Source: Nitrosopumilaceae archaeon
GTDB lineage: Archaea; Thermoproteota; Nitrososphaeria; Nitrososphaerales; Nitrosopumilaceae
Assembly (NCBI GenBank): GCA_965207375.1
Contig: OZ242274.1
Coordinates: 64,001 to 128,000, forward strand
Length of the DNA stretch: 64,000 nucleotides
Direction of reading: 5' to 3'
The translations under genes were made by a program, and so were the position numbers. Under the pieces are notes generated by a model, which made no database searches, was not told where the DNA came from, and worked only from the letters and a program-made list of their open reading frames with translations. Positions within the stretch are counted from its first letter, which is position 1. Each line of letters starts with the position of its first letter. This document shows positions 1 through 8,827 of the stretch, one piece after another.

Positions 1-295
1 TGTAACGAATTGATTTCATATTCAGAATTTTTCCTTTGGAAATTTGCAATCCCTCCCTGCAAAGCATGTTTTCTTTAATGTCAGTACCATATGCATAGCC
101 CCCTAAATTACCGTCAGATTTTACCACCCTGTGACAGGGAACAATTGCAGGATACGGATTGCGGTTCATGATTTTGCCTATTGCGCGCTGGGCATTTTTT
201 AATCCTACCGCCTTTGCCAAATCACCATATGTTGTAATCTGACCCTGTGGTACCTCAAGCAGTTTTTTGTAGACAAGCTCGTTTAGAGTTTTATT
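1..295 (-). CDS. ogt: O6-methylguanine-DNA methyltransferase (MGMT) family protein; 3' end runs off the window, start codon not resolved
   Basis: Manual translation of the minus strand gives ...VPQGQITTYGDLAKAVG...AIGKIMNRNPYPAIVPCHRVVKSDGNLGGYAYG, with the PCHRV active-site motif. Not in the ORF track. Confidence 0.9.
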
Positions 296-1059
296 ATTTT
301 GAGATTTGTTTTTTCTGCTAGTTCCATGATCTGGTGTTTGTGAGATCCCAATCCTGTCCAATCTAAAAGAATAGTAGTTGCGGTACTATTTCTGTATAGT
401 ATATGATCAAATAGTTGCTGATCTAGGTGTTCAAGTGCATGCTTTGGCACTACAGTACCCAATCCCAATCTGCCGTAAAGTACTTCGCGAGTAAACTTTG
501 TAGGATAGTGCGTACCACCAAAACATATGGCAGATTGGACATCTTTTCTGTCAGTTTTCATAGTGTCTAAGACAATTTTTGCAACACGATTACAAAGTTT
601 TACATCACTCCATTGCTTGTGAGTAGTTCCAATTTCTATAAAGATGCAGGGCTTATCTAGCGCACTAGGTCCGTGATGTGTGGCCTCTATGGTTATCTCA
701 AAATCTAAAAACTGTTCCCTGTTCTCTGACAATCTTTGCAGATATTGTTTTTGCAAGGAAGGATTTGGTATTGCAACTTGTCTGTGGTTTCCCCCAAATT
801 CTGCCTTTGAGAAATTGCCTGTACTGTGACAGGTAAGTGCCAAAACCCCAGATTCTGCTGCATGTTTTGAAAGAAATACAAAAGAGTCATAGTCGTATTT
901 TCCCTCCAACCAGTCAGCACAGATTGCAGGTGTGGGAATAATTAACAGATCAAAAAATTGTCCGCGGTAAAGATCCCCGTCTTGTACCATATCAGATGCA
1001 AGAAATTTTGCCATATTGTATCCTGCCGGATCATCCCTATAGGCGACTAGCAAATCCAT
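283..1059 (-). CDS. dtdA: D-aminoacyl-tRNA deacylase (archaeal DTD2)
   Basis: Motifs SKH, CHSTGN, EATHHGP, FIEIG and FGGTHY. Start moved to internal Met36 of ORF 283..1164. Confidence 0.9.
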   Translation of the reverse strand: MDLLVAYRDDPAGYNMAKFLASDMVQDGDLYRGQFFDLLIIPTPAICADWLEGKYDYDSFVFLSKHAAESGVLALTCHSTGNFSKAEFGGNHRQVAIPNPSLQKQYLQRLSENREQFLDFEITIEATHHGPSALDKPCIFIEIGTTHKQWSDVKLCNRVAKIVLDTMKTDRKDVQSAICFGGTHYPTKFTREVLYGRLGLGTVVPKHALEHLDQQLFDHILYRNSTATTILLDWTGLGSHKHQIMELAEKTNLKIIKL

Positions 1060-1099
1060 GAGATAAAAGATATAAGGACACCATATTAAGTTCCAGCAT

Positions 1100-1273
1100 A
1101 TGAATCCAAAACAGACCTTCAAAAACATGGCCAACACCATGAAAATGGCTAGAAAGTCAGACAAGGAGGACTATATGCAGCATCTCCGATTGGTTTTGCT
1201 AGGAATCGGGGCAGTTGGAACGATTGGATTTATAATTCAGTTTGTGTTTGGTGTATTTACCTATCAGGGATAA
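1100..1273 (+). CDS. secE: Protein translocase SecE/Sec61-gamma
   Basis: Manual translation MNPKQTFKNMANTMKMARKSDKEDYMQHLRLVLLGIGAVGTIGFIIQFVF...; one TM helix; directly upstream of spt5. Confidence 0.9.
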   Translation: MNPKQTFKNMANTMKMARKSDKEDYMQHLRLVLLGIGAVGTIGFIIQFVFGVFTYQG

Positions 1274-1275
1274 AA

Positions 1276-1734
1276 TTGTCAGAAGAAATCAAAACTCATC
1301 TCTTTGCAATCAGGACTACAGGAGGTCAAGAAAAAATGGTAATGAATTTGCTAGAAGCCAAGGCAAAGATGAACAAAATAGATATCCAGTCAGTATTGCT
1401 AGTTGACAATTTGAAAGGATATGTTGTAATGGAGGCAGTCAGTCCAAGCTCTGCATTTGCAGCAATAGAGGGGATCAGACACATCAGGGGTCAGTTAAGA
1501 GGGGAATTGGAATTTAAGGATATTGAAAGTTATCTAGTTAAAAAATCAACAGTTACACAACTTGCAGTGGACAATGTTGTTGAAATTACCGGAGGTCCGT
1601 TTAAGGGAATGAAGGCAACAATTACACGAGTTGATCACGAAAAAGAGGAGGCAACAGTCGTATTATTGGATGCATCCTATCAATTGCCGGTAACAGTAGA
1701 TGCCAACTATCTAAAACTCTCAAGCGAGTCTTAG
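1276..1734 (+). CDS. spt5: Transcription elongation factor Spt5 (NusG)
   Basis: NGN domain (TTGGQE, KGYV) and KOW motif (VEITGGPFKG); conserved gene order. Confidence 0.95.
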   Translation: MSEEIKTHLFAIRTTGGQEKMVMNLLEAKAKMNKIDIQSVLLVDNLKGYVVMEAVSPSSAFAAIEGIRHIRGQLRGELEFKDIESYLVKKSTVTQLAVDNVVEITGGPFKGMKATITRVDHEKEEATVVLLDASYQLPVTVDANYLKLSSES

Positions 1735-1769
1735 TAACGAATAAATTTTTGGAGAAGATGGATAATACA

Positions 1770-2252
1770 ATGGGCAAACCACAAAAAATATCATCATTGG
1801 TTACAGGCGGCAAGGCATCAGCAGGACCTCCACTAGGTCCGGCATTGGGACCGCTAGGAGTAAACATCATGGAGGTAATCAATGCAATCAACGAGAAAAC
1901 CAAGGATTTTGAAGGAATGAAAGTGCCAGTTACGGTTTCAGTCGATACAGATACAAAAAAATACGACATTGAGATTGGAATTCCGTCTGCTGCAGCGTTG
2001 TTAATGAAGGAGGCAGGAATCCAAAAGGGCTCTGGCACATCAGGTACCGACTGGGCAGGCGATATCACCATTGATTCAGTCATCAAGGTTGCAAATGCCA
2101 AGCTAGAAACATCATATGCCTCATCGATAAAAGAAGTGTCAAAAACCATCATCGGCACATGTGTTCCATTGGGACTAAAGATAGAAGGAAAGACACCAAA
2201 AGAGATGACTGCTGAGATCAACGATGGAAAATGGGATCAAAAATTCCAATAG
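1770..2252 (+). CDS. rpl11: 50S ribosomal protein L11
   Basis: GGKASAGPPLGPALGPLG motif. Confidence 0.97.
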   Translation: MGKPQKISSLVTGGKASAGPPLGPALGPLGVNIMEVINAINEKTKDFEGMKVPVTVSVDTDTKKYDIEIGIPSAAALLMKEAGIQKGSGTSGTDWAGDITIDSVIKVANAKLETSYASSIKEVSKTIIGTCVPLGLKIEGKTPKEMTAEINDGKWDQKFQ

Positions 2253-2254
2253 TT

Positions 2255-2713
2255 TTATTTCTTGATTAAATATACAGGATCCTTGTCGGTTTTTTGCAGC
2301 TCAACGAAGGTTTCAGTGTTCTGAATGCCTTCTATTTTGCCAATTTTTTTTATAACTACAGAGTGAAGTTCCTCTAGATTCTCTGCATAGACTTTTATCA
2401 TAATGTCAAACCTGCCTGTAACCTCAGATATTGAGGCCACCTCGGGGGTATCCATCATCTTTTTGTGAATGGAATCCTTGAATTTGGGATCACGGTTGAT
2501 TCCAACAGAGGCCTTGACGCCGATTCCCAGCAAAGAGTCATCAATTACAATGGTAAATTTTTTGATTAGTTTTTTCTTGACTAGTCGCTTAATTCTACTA
2601 TACAACACAGAGGCGTTGATTCCAAGTTTCTTAGACAGTGCAGGAACAGAAACGGATCCATCCTTTGTTAATTCAAATAACAATTTCATGTCTAGTTCGT
2701 CAAATCTATGCAA
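2255..2713 (-). CDS. Lrp/AsnC family transcriptional regulator
   Basis: N-terminal HTH (DELDMKLL...SRIKRL) and RAM domain (VTGRFDI). Confidence 0.9.
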   Translation of the reverse strand: MHRFDELDMKLLFELTKDGSVSVPALSKKLGINASVLYSRIKRLVKKKLIKKFTIVIDDSLLGIGVKASVGINRDPKFKDSIHKKMMDTPEVASISEVTGRFDIMIKVYAENLEELHSVVIKKIGKIEGIQNTETFVELQKTDKDPVYLIKK

Positions 2714-2884
2714 GTCGTTTGAAAAATATCTGGCTCGAATTAATAAATGTAAGTTTTTTTAATTTTATTTGGAGTTAATTATAAAATTTAGGAGGAAAAT
2801 TCAAAAAACTTGTAATTTGCATAATATTTTGTGCCGTGGAATCTCTAAACGATTTTAAGTAGGCAATGGGCAAAATGACTCATA

Positions 2885-3535
2885 ATGGTTACAGAAACAG
2901 AGTTATCTGAGATTATAGTAGAGGCAAAGGAGGGTACAAAAAAACGCAATTTCACGCAAGCCCTAGAACTAATTATGGTGTTCAAAGATATTGATGTAAA
3001 AAAAGGATTTGCAATTAATGAAACAGTACAGCTTCCAAAAACAAATGCTCCTGCTTCAGTATGTATCATGGCAACAGGGGACATGGGCATAAAGGCAAAG
3101 GCAGCAAATGCAGACAGAGTAATTGATGCAGCCGAACTAGAGCAGTTAAGTTCCAACAAAAGGGAATCTAGAAAATTAATCAACAAATATGATTTCTTTT
3201 TGGCAGATACACAAATTATGCCAACAGTCGGCAAGACGCTGGGTCAGTTATTGGGACCTAGGGGAAAAATGCCAACGCCTGTTCCATTTAATGCACCAAT
3301 AGAGTCATTTTTGGAAAGATTTAGATCCTCAATCAAGATAAGAGTCAGGGGTTCGCTGTCATTGTCATGTAAAATCGGAACCGAGCAAATGCAAGACTCT
3401 GAACTAGCAGCAAATGCAAATGCGGTGATCAACATGATAAAAACCAAGCTTCCAAACGGCGAGAAGAACATCAAAAAAATTATGGTAAAAACAACTATGG
3501 GCAAAGTAATCAAACAAAAAGAGAGTAAAAAATAA
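2885..3535 (+). CDS. rpl1: 50S ribosomal protein L1
   Basis: KRNFTQ and LGPRGKMP motifs. Confidence 0.97.
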   Translation: MVTETELSEIIVEAKEGTKKRNFTQALELIMVFKDIDVKKGFAINETVQLPKTNAPASVCIMATGDMGIKAKAANADRVIDAAELEQLSSNKRESRKLINKYDFFLADTQIMPTVGKTLGQLLGPRGKMPTPVPFNAPIESFLERFRSSIKIRVRGSLSLSCKIGTEQMQDSELAANANAVINMIKTKLPNGEKNIKKIMVKTTMGKVIKQKESKK

Positions 3536-3536
3536 A

Positions 3537-4403
3537 ATGTACAAAGACAGGACAACATATCCAAAAAGAAAAACACAGATGCATACACAGCTTCAGGAAC
3601 TTCCAAAAAAATACAAGGTAATGGCACTAGTAAAAATGGACAAGGTCAGAGCATCACAAATTTTACCATTAAGAAAAAAGCTGCGGGGTCAGGTTGAATT
3701 TTTCAGTGTCAAAGACAAGGTTGCACAAAAGGCACTAGAGTTGCTAGACATTGAAGGAATTAAAAAAATTGCAGAGCAGTTAAGGGGTCAGTGCATGTTT
3801 ATGTTCACAGACATGTCACCGTTCAAACTAAACGTGCTTTTGGCAAAAAATTCCATCATGATGGCAGCAAGGGCAGGCGATATTGCAAGCATAGATGTCA
3901 TAGTGCCTGCAATAAATACAGGCGTGGCACCAGGACCTATGCTGACAGAGTTCAAAGAGGCAGGAATTCCGACAAAAATTGATCAGGGCACAATTTGGAT
4001 TACAAAGGAAACCATTCCTGCAAAGAAGGGGGAGCCAATATCTGAAAAACTAGCACCACTGTTAGGCAAGCTAGACATCAAACCAATAGAGGCAGGAATC
4101 GCATTGGAATCTGCACTTGAGGAGGGACTAGCATATGCAAGAGATGAAATGATAATCGATATAGATGCAATAAGGGATGAATTTGCAATTGCCCACCAAG
4201 AAGCAGTCACATTAACCATTGAGGCAGGATACATAACTCCAGACAATATAGAACAGATTCTCTCAAAGGCTGCAGCTTCAGCAAGAGCAGTCTCAATAGA
4301 ATCAGGATTCATGACAGATGAGACCAAGGAGCAGATACTTCAAAAGGCAGACAGTCAGGCACGAACCCTGGCAGAAAAGGCAGAAAATTACACTCCTGCA
4401 TAA
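3537..4403 (+). CDS. rpl10: 50S ribosomal protein L10 (P0)
   Basis: ARAGDIA, TGVAPGP and KLDIKP motifs; follows rpl1. Confidence 0.95.
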   Translation: MYKDRTTYPKRKTQMHTQLQELPKKYKVMALVKMDKVRASQILPLRKKLRGQVEFFSVKDKVAQKALELLDIEGIKKIAEQLRGQCMFMFTDMSPFKLNVLLAKNSIMMAARAGDIASIDVIVPAINTGVAPGPMLTEFKEAGIPTKIDQGTIWITKETIPAKKGEPISEKLAPLLGKLDIKPIEAGIALESALEEGLAYARDEMIIDIDAIRDEFAIAHQEAVTLTIEAGYITPDNIEQILSKAAASARAVSIESGFMTDETKEQILQKADSQARTLAEKAENYTPA

Positions 4404-5036
4404 TCAGATACCCTTTACACGTGGCAGATTCCAGTTGTATTTCATGGCAATTAACCTAAGCCCCGTAGTCAATGCAACAGCTACGGCTGTTGCAACATAC
4501 AAATCTAGGCCGGATAAAAGAATCAGATAAAAAGCGACAACACCTGCAAAGCTTGCAGAAGCATACATTTCCTTTACAAATACCATAGGAACCTGATTTA
4601 CAGACACGTCACGTAAGATGCCTCCACCTACTGCAGTCAGGACGCCTGCCAGAGACATTACTAAAAAATCCAAACCAAAAAGAGTGTAAGCAAATGTGGC
4701 ACCAATTACGGTAAACACACCTAGCCCGAGCGCGTCAAACTTGAGAAAGATGTTCAGGTGTAGTATCATTCGTTTGTACAAAAAAAAGATTGCAATTGCC
4801 GTAACTATTGTAATTACAACATATAACGGATCAGAGAGAGAGCTAGGCAGGGATGGGCTGAAAATTACATCACGTATCGTGCCGCCTGCAACGCCGGTCA
4901 TCGTTGCAAGAACTACAATGCCAAAAATATCTGCCTTGTGCTCTATGGCTTTGAAGGCGCCTGTAACTGCAAAGACCATGGTTCCAAATAGATCCAAAAC
5001 GTAGATGAACAGTTCGGGGGAGGGAAAATCTACCAA
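4404..5036 (-). CDS. Trimeric intracellular cation channel family (UPF0126) membrane protein
   Basis: Duplicated GGTIRD / GGGILRD motifs; multiple TM helices. Confidence 0.9.
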   Translation of the reverse strand: MVDFPSPELFIYVLDLFGTMVFAVTGAFKAIEHKADIFGIVVLATMTGVAGGTIRDVIFSPSLPSSLSDPLYVVITIVTAIAIFFLYKRMILHLNIFLKFDALGLGVFTVIGATFAYTLFGLDFLVMSLAGVLTAVGGGILRDVSVNQVPMVFVKEMYASASFAGVVAFYLILLSGLDLYVATAVAVALTTGLRLIAMKYNWNLPRVKGI

Positions 5037-5091
5037 GTCAGAGATGTATTGATTTTTGTAGCAATTAAACTAACAGGAAAAAATTTTTGAT

Positions 5092-5400
5092 CTATCCAAA
5101 GAGAGAGGATAGTCCTTCCATGGCAGCTTCCTCAGTTTTGCCTTCGTCCTTCTTTTCTTCCTTCTTTTCCTCTCCACCTGCTGCAGCATCACCTGCGGCA
5201 GCTGCCGGAGCGGCTGCGACTGCTACTGGGGCGGCTTTAACTGCCTCGTCGATATTAACATCTGCTAGGGCTGCCACCAATGCTTTTACCTGTGCATCAT
5301 TGACTTCGGCACCAGATGCCTTTACTACTGAGGCAATGTTTTCCTCATTGACATCCTTTTGTAATTTGTGAAGCAATAATGCAGCGTAAACATATTCCAT
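5092..5400 (-). CDS. rpl12: 50S ribosomal protein L12 (P1)
   Basis: [11 protein letters not shown] start, Ala-rich hinge, acidic tail ending GLSSLFG. Confidence 0.97.
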   Translation of the reverse strand: MEYVYAALLLHKLQKDVNEENIASVVKASGAEVNDAQVKALVAALADVNIDEAVKAAPVAVAAAPAAAAGDAAAGGEEKKEEKKDEGKTEEAAMEGLSSLFG

Positions 5401-5497
5401 TGTATCCGGACTTGACGCTGAGGACAATATAAAACTATGGCGAGGTTTGAGGTAAGAGGTTTAGCCATAAACTCGAGTATTTTTGATCATATAGATC

Positions 5498-5540
5498 GTA
5501 TCTGTTAATGTTGTTTTGAATTTATGGTAATTTTAGGTAC
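5498..5540 (+). repeat. 43-bp direct repeat, copy 1
   Basis: GTATCTGTTAATGTTGTTTTGAATTTATGGTAATTTTAGGTAC; matches 8054..8096 with 2 mismatches. Confidence 0.9.
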
Positions 5541-5703
5541 AAATTTGGGATGGTAAAGAACAGGGTGAAAGTATGATGTTAACAATTACAAATTCTGTAC
5601 TGCACGAACAAATAAACCCTGTCTAAACTAGGAAAAATTGGGTGAATTTTGTACCTAAAATTTGAGTTGTGTTACTGCTATCTAAATCGTAACATTTTTA
5701 GAA

Positions 5704-5713
5704 CCCCCCCCCC
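5704..5713 (+). repeat. C10 homopolymer between an AT-rich TATA-like box and the start codon
   Basis: ACATTTTTAGAA-CCCCCCCCCC-GTTAATTTT-GTG(5723). Confidence 0.8.
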
Positions 5714-5722
5714 GTTAATTTT

Positions 5723-7909
5723 GTGAAAACATTATACTTTGCAGTTATTATGGCAGTTTCTATATCATTATTGTTTGGTGTTCAAACACCAGAGGCATTC
5801 TCCGAACATGGATTTTGCTATTACGCAGAAAGAACACCCAAAGTGGCTCATTGTGACCCCATACCTCCGCCAGTCAATAAAATGTCTGATCAGTTTTATA
5901 CAGATGATAAGGAGATAAACAAAGCCAGAGTCACACTAAACAATCCAGCTCACGGCGATCCTCTCACAGTAACTGTAACTCTAGATGAAGCAGCAAATGG
6001 AACAATAGAATTTTGGGTCCAAATTGATGACTGTCAATTATCTCACAGTTCCAAGCCACACGGTACAGCAAATAGATGTGATAATTCCAATATGGCCACA
6101 GTAGGTGGCACTAGCAGCGACACTGAAACATTTCCAACCTACGGCAGCGATGCCGACAAGGCCTCTAACACCAATCCTACCTACCTTCCTTTCCTATTCA
6201 AAAAGATAACCATCAATGAAGGGTCAAATACAGGTAGTGCCTCATGGGGTACAAATCTAGGAAATGTTGTAAATGGTGAATCACTACTTGTCAATGTTTC
6301 ACCAATAATACAACGCACTGCAGATAACCCATACCTCCATGAGTGGATAAATCCATTCAATCCATCAAATATAATACAAAGCAGCCAACATTATTGGGAG
6401 GCGGTCATTGGAGCAAAGTATACATTGCGGTTCAATGCTGGTACTACATCGGTACTAGAGGGTGAAAGGATTGTAGCACAGTTATCTGCATCACCTAATC
6501 CACAAACAGATGGAGATACGATACAAGTAAGATATTCTGTAACCCAAACAAGAGGAGCCTATGTAGCCAGTTCAAGCATAGGTACTTTTACAATCAATCT
6601 GTCATCTTCATCTCATATTATCCAGATTCACCAGAACTCTCCAGTATCGGGGGATCAAGGCGGTGGTGAGGTTGTATTTACGTTACTTCCTGGTAACGGA
6701 TATAGCATACATGGATCGAGTAGTGAGACATTCCTAATATCTGACACTGAGAGTGGCGGTGACAGTGGCATCAAATCTGGCGTTCCAATACCAGAAAATC
6801 CGTATGATGAAATTGATCCATCAGTAATAGACGGTGCAAAGATAATGGCAGCACAAACACAGCTTGGTGCAGAACACGTTGATTTATGGAATAGGGTCTT
6901 GGCAGCATTTGGAGTGATACAACATGACAATCCTATGACTGTAGAAGAGGCTCTAGCCAATGTAGAAAAATACAGCAACGTGCCATTTTGGAATTTGGTA
7001 TATGAAGAATTAAAGAAATTAGAGGCTGCAAGGGATACTGCGTCACAGCAACAACAGCAGCAGCAGCAAAATGCAACACAAAACACACCACAGCAAAACC
7101 AAACACAACCAGTACCGACACAAAACGAACAATTCTGCATCTTTGGTACTTGTTATGAAGAGCCAAAGAAACAAGACTCACCACAGCAACAGCCACAGGA
7201 AATACACGTACCACAAATTAATCATACATCAAATATCGCACAAGATACACCGATAATTGTACCAGAATCTATACCAATACCTACAGCTGACCCAGAACTA
7301 ATTGAGGACATAAAGTACCTTGCAAGTCAAGTACATCACGGTTTTAATCACGTTGACAGATGGAATAGAGCACTTGCAGCATTTGGAGTGATACAACATG
7401 ATAATCCACTTACTGCAACAGAGGCTCTGGCAAATACAAAGAAATACTCTAGTCCTTTATGGGTCAAGATTGCAAATATCTTACAAGAGCGTGAGGCTGC
7501 AATTGCACAACAACAACAGCAACAGCAACAGCAACAACAACAGCAGCAGCAGCAGCAAAATGCAACACAAAATACACCACCGCAAGAACCACAGGAAATA
7601 CACGTACCACAGGTTAACCAAACATCAGCCGTTGCTCAAGATTCACCACAGGTTGAACCAGTACCTACAGTTGAGCCAACACCTACAGTAGAACCAGTAC
7701 CTGAACCAACATATACGATAAATGCAACTCTGATTGAAGCTGTAAAAGAACAAGCTGATTTATGGAATAGAACACTTGCAGCATTTAACATTACAGAACA
7801 TGATAATCCTATGACTGCAGCTGAAGCCCAAAACAATACCCAAAAATATTCTAATCCACTATGGCAACATATAGCTGATGCCTTGAAGAAATTAGAGGCT
7901 ACAAAGTAA
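5723..7909 (+). CDS. Secreted/surface protein with a Calx-beta/Ig-like domain, three helical repeats and poly-Q linkers
   Basis: Signal peptide; beta-sandwich segment (SVLEGERIVAQLSASPNP...GNGYSI); three copies of WNRxLAAF...HDNP(M/L)TxxEAxxNxxKYS..W; Q8 at 7046-7069 and Q17 at 7508-7558; VEPxPT repeats. Confidence 0.8.
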   Translation: MKTLYFAVIMAVSISLLFGVQTPEAFSEHGFCYYAERTPKVAHCDPIPPPVNKMSDQFYTDDKEINKARVTLNNPAHGDPLTVTVTLDEAANGTIEFWVQIDDCQLSHSSKPHGTANRCDNSNMATVGGTSSDTETFPTYGSDADKASNTNPTYLPFLFKKITINEGSNTGSASWGTNLGNVVNGESLLVNVSPIIQRTADNPYLHEWINPFNPSNIIQSSQHYWEAVIGAKYTLRFNAGTTSVLEGERIVAQLSASPNPQTDGDTIQVRYSVTQTRGAYVASSSIGTFTINLSSSSHIIQIHQNSPVSGDQGGGEVVFTLLPGNGYSIHGSSSETFLISDTESGGDSGIKSGVPIPENPYDEIDPSVIDGAKIMAAQTQLGAEHVDLWNRVLAAFGVIQHDNPMTVEEALANVEKYSNVPFWNLVYEELKKLEAARDTASQQQQQQQQNATQNTPQQNQTQPVPTQNEQFCIFGTCYEEPKKQDSPQQQPQEIHVPQINHTSNIAQDTPIIVPESIPIPTADPELIEDIKYLASQVHHGFNHVDRWNRALAAFGVIQHDNPLTATEALANTKKYSSPLWVKIANILQEREAAIAQQQQQQQQQQQQQQQQQNATQNTPPQEPQEIHVPQVNQTSAVAQDSPQVEPVPTVEPTPTVEPVPEPTYTINATLIEAVKEQADLWNRTLAAFNITEHDNPMTAAEAQNNTQKYSNPLWQHIADALKKLEATK

Positions 7910-8053
7910 ACATCTGTATCGTCTCTTTGTAACCGATGAAATCATACATAGATTCTATTCTACTTTGCAGGGGTTAACATATTTTTTTATTAAATTAAAT
8001 AGTTCAAATAATGACAAAAAAATACAGGGTTTAGATGGGACATTAACATTTTT

Positions 8054-8096
8054 GTATCTGTTAACGTTGTTTTGAATTTATAGTAATTTTAGGTAC
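8054..8096 (+). repeat. 43-bp direct repeat, copy 2
   Basis: GTATCTGTTAACGTTGTTTTGAATTTATAGTAATTTTAGGTAC. Confidence 0.9.
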
Positions 8097-8239
8097 GAAA
8101 TTACTTTGCCGTCAAAAAATAAAAATTTAGTCGTGACGTTAACACTTTAGATCCAAATCACATTAGGTACCAAATTATACCATACGATATCAGACAGTAT
8201 TTGCACATTTCACAGTTTTGCCAAAAAATCACACACAAA

Positions 8240-8758
8240 TCAGTTGAGAATCTTTAGACTCCTAGACACCGAATAAAGTGTACGTTTAAGATTCTTGTCT
8301 GTCAGAGTATCCATTCTTTGGCGTAAAACTCGTTTTGCCTGATCTCGCTCGGTGCCTGCAGGCAAAGACAGCACACTGTTGATAATTTCAGGAATTGATT
8401 CTCTAATCCATCCGTCCAAAACAGAGTATACCCTTGGAGGAATTATCAATATACGTTCCTTGTCTAGATCTATGACATCTGTAAAATTTTCATGTTCTGC
8501 ACGATACACAAGTGCCAAAATACAGTTATCAGGGGTCGGATTTTCCAAAATTTCAATCGAGCGGGGGCCTGCCTTACCTTGTTTTACCTTGTTTTTCAAA
8601 CCTACAGGATTTACAGTTATTCCGTTAATGCCTATCTTTTTGTCCTGTACACCAGAAACTATACCAAAAAAGATATTCTTAAAATCGCCATCCTGTCTAG
8701 TTCCAAAAATATGTATGCCCTCTTTTAGAACGGGTTTTTTGTTAAACAACAAAATCAT
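8240..8758 (-). CDS. Hypothetical protein
   Basis: 172-aa ORF divergent from alaS; no recognisable motif. Confidence 0.75.
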   Translation of the reverse strand: MILLFNKKPVLKEGIHIFGTRQDGDFKNIFFGIVSGVQDKKIGINGITVNPVGLKNKVKQGKAGPRSIEILENPTPDNCILALVYRAEHENFTDVIDLDKERILIIPPRVYSVLDGWIRESIPEIINSVLSLPAGTERDQAKRVLRQRMDTLTDKNLKRTLYSVSRSLKILN

Positions 8759-8827
8759 ATCACAGTATATCGTATTTATTTGATCGTAATCGACAATTCT
8801 TAATATCGGTCAATTACAGCCAAATCG

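Noticed and set aside
2255-5036. Lrp and TRIC-channel genes interrupting the ribosomal protein cluster
   Set aside because: As far as I recall this order is ordinary in Nitrosopumilaceae; there are no mobility signals.
6655-7691. Poly-Cys, poly-Ala and poly-Asn/Ser ORFs in alternative frames
   Set aside because: Shadows of the CAA/CAG tracts in the 728-aa gene.
5460-8240. CRISPR array or replication origin suggested by the repeated motifs
   Set aside because: No regular repeat-spacer periodicity, no ORB-like G-string boxes and no cdc6 gene in the window.
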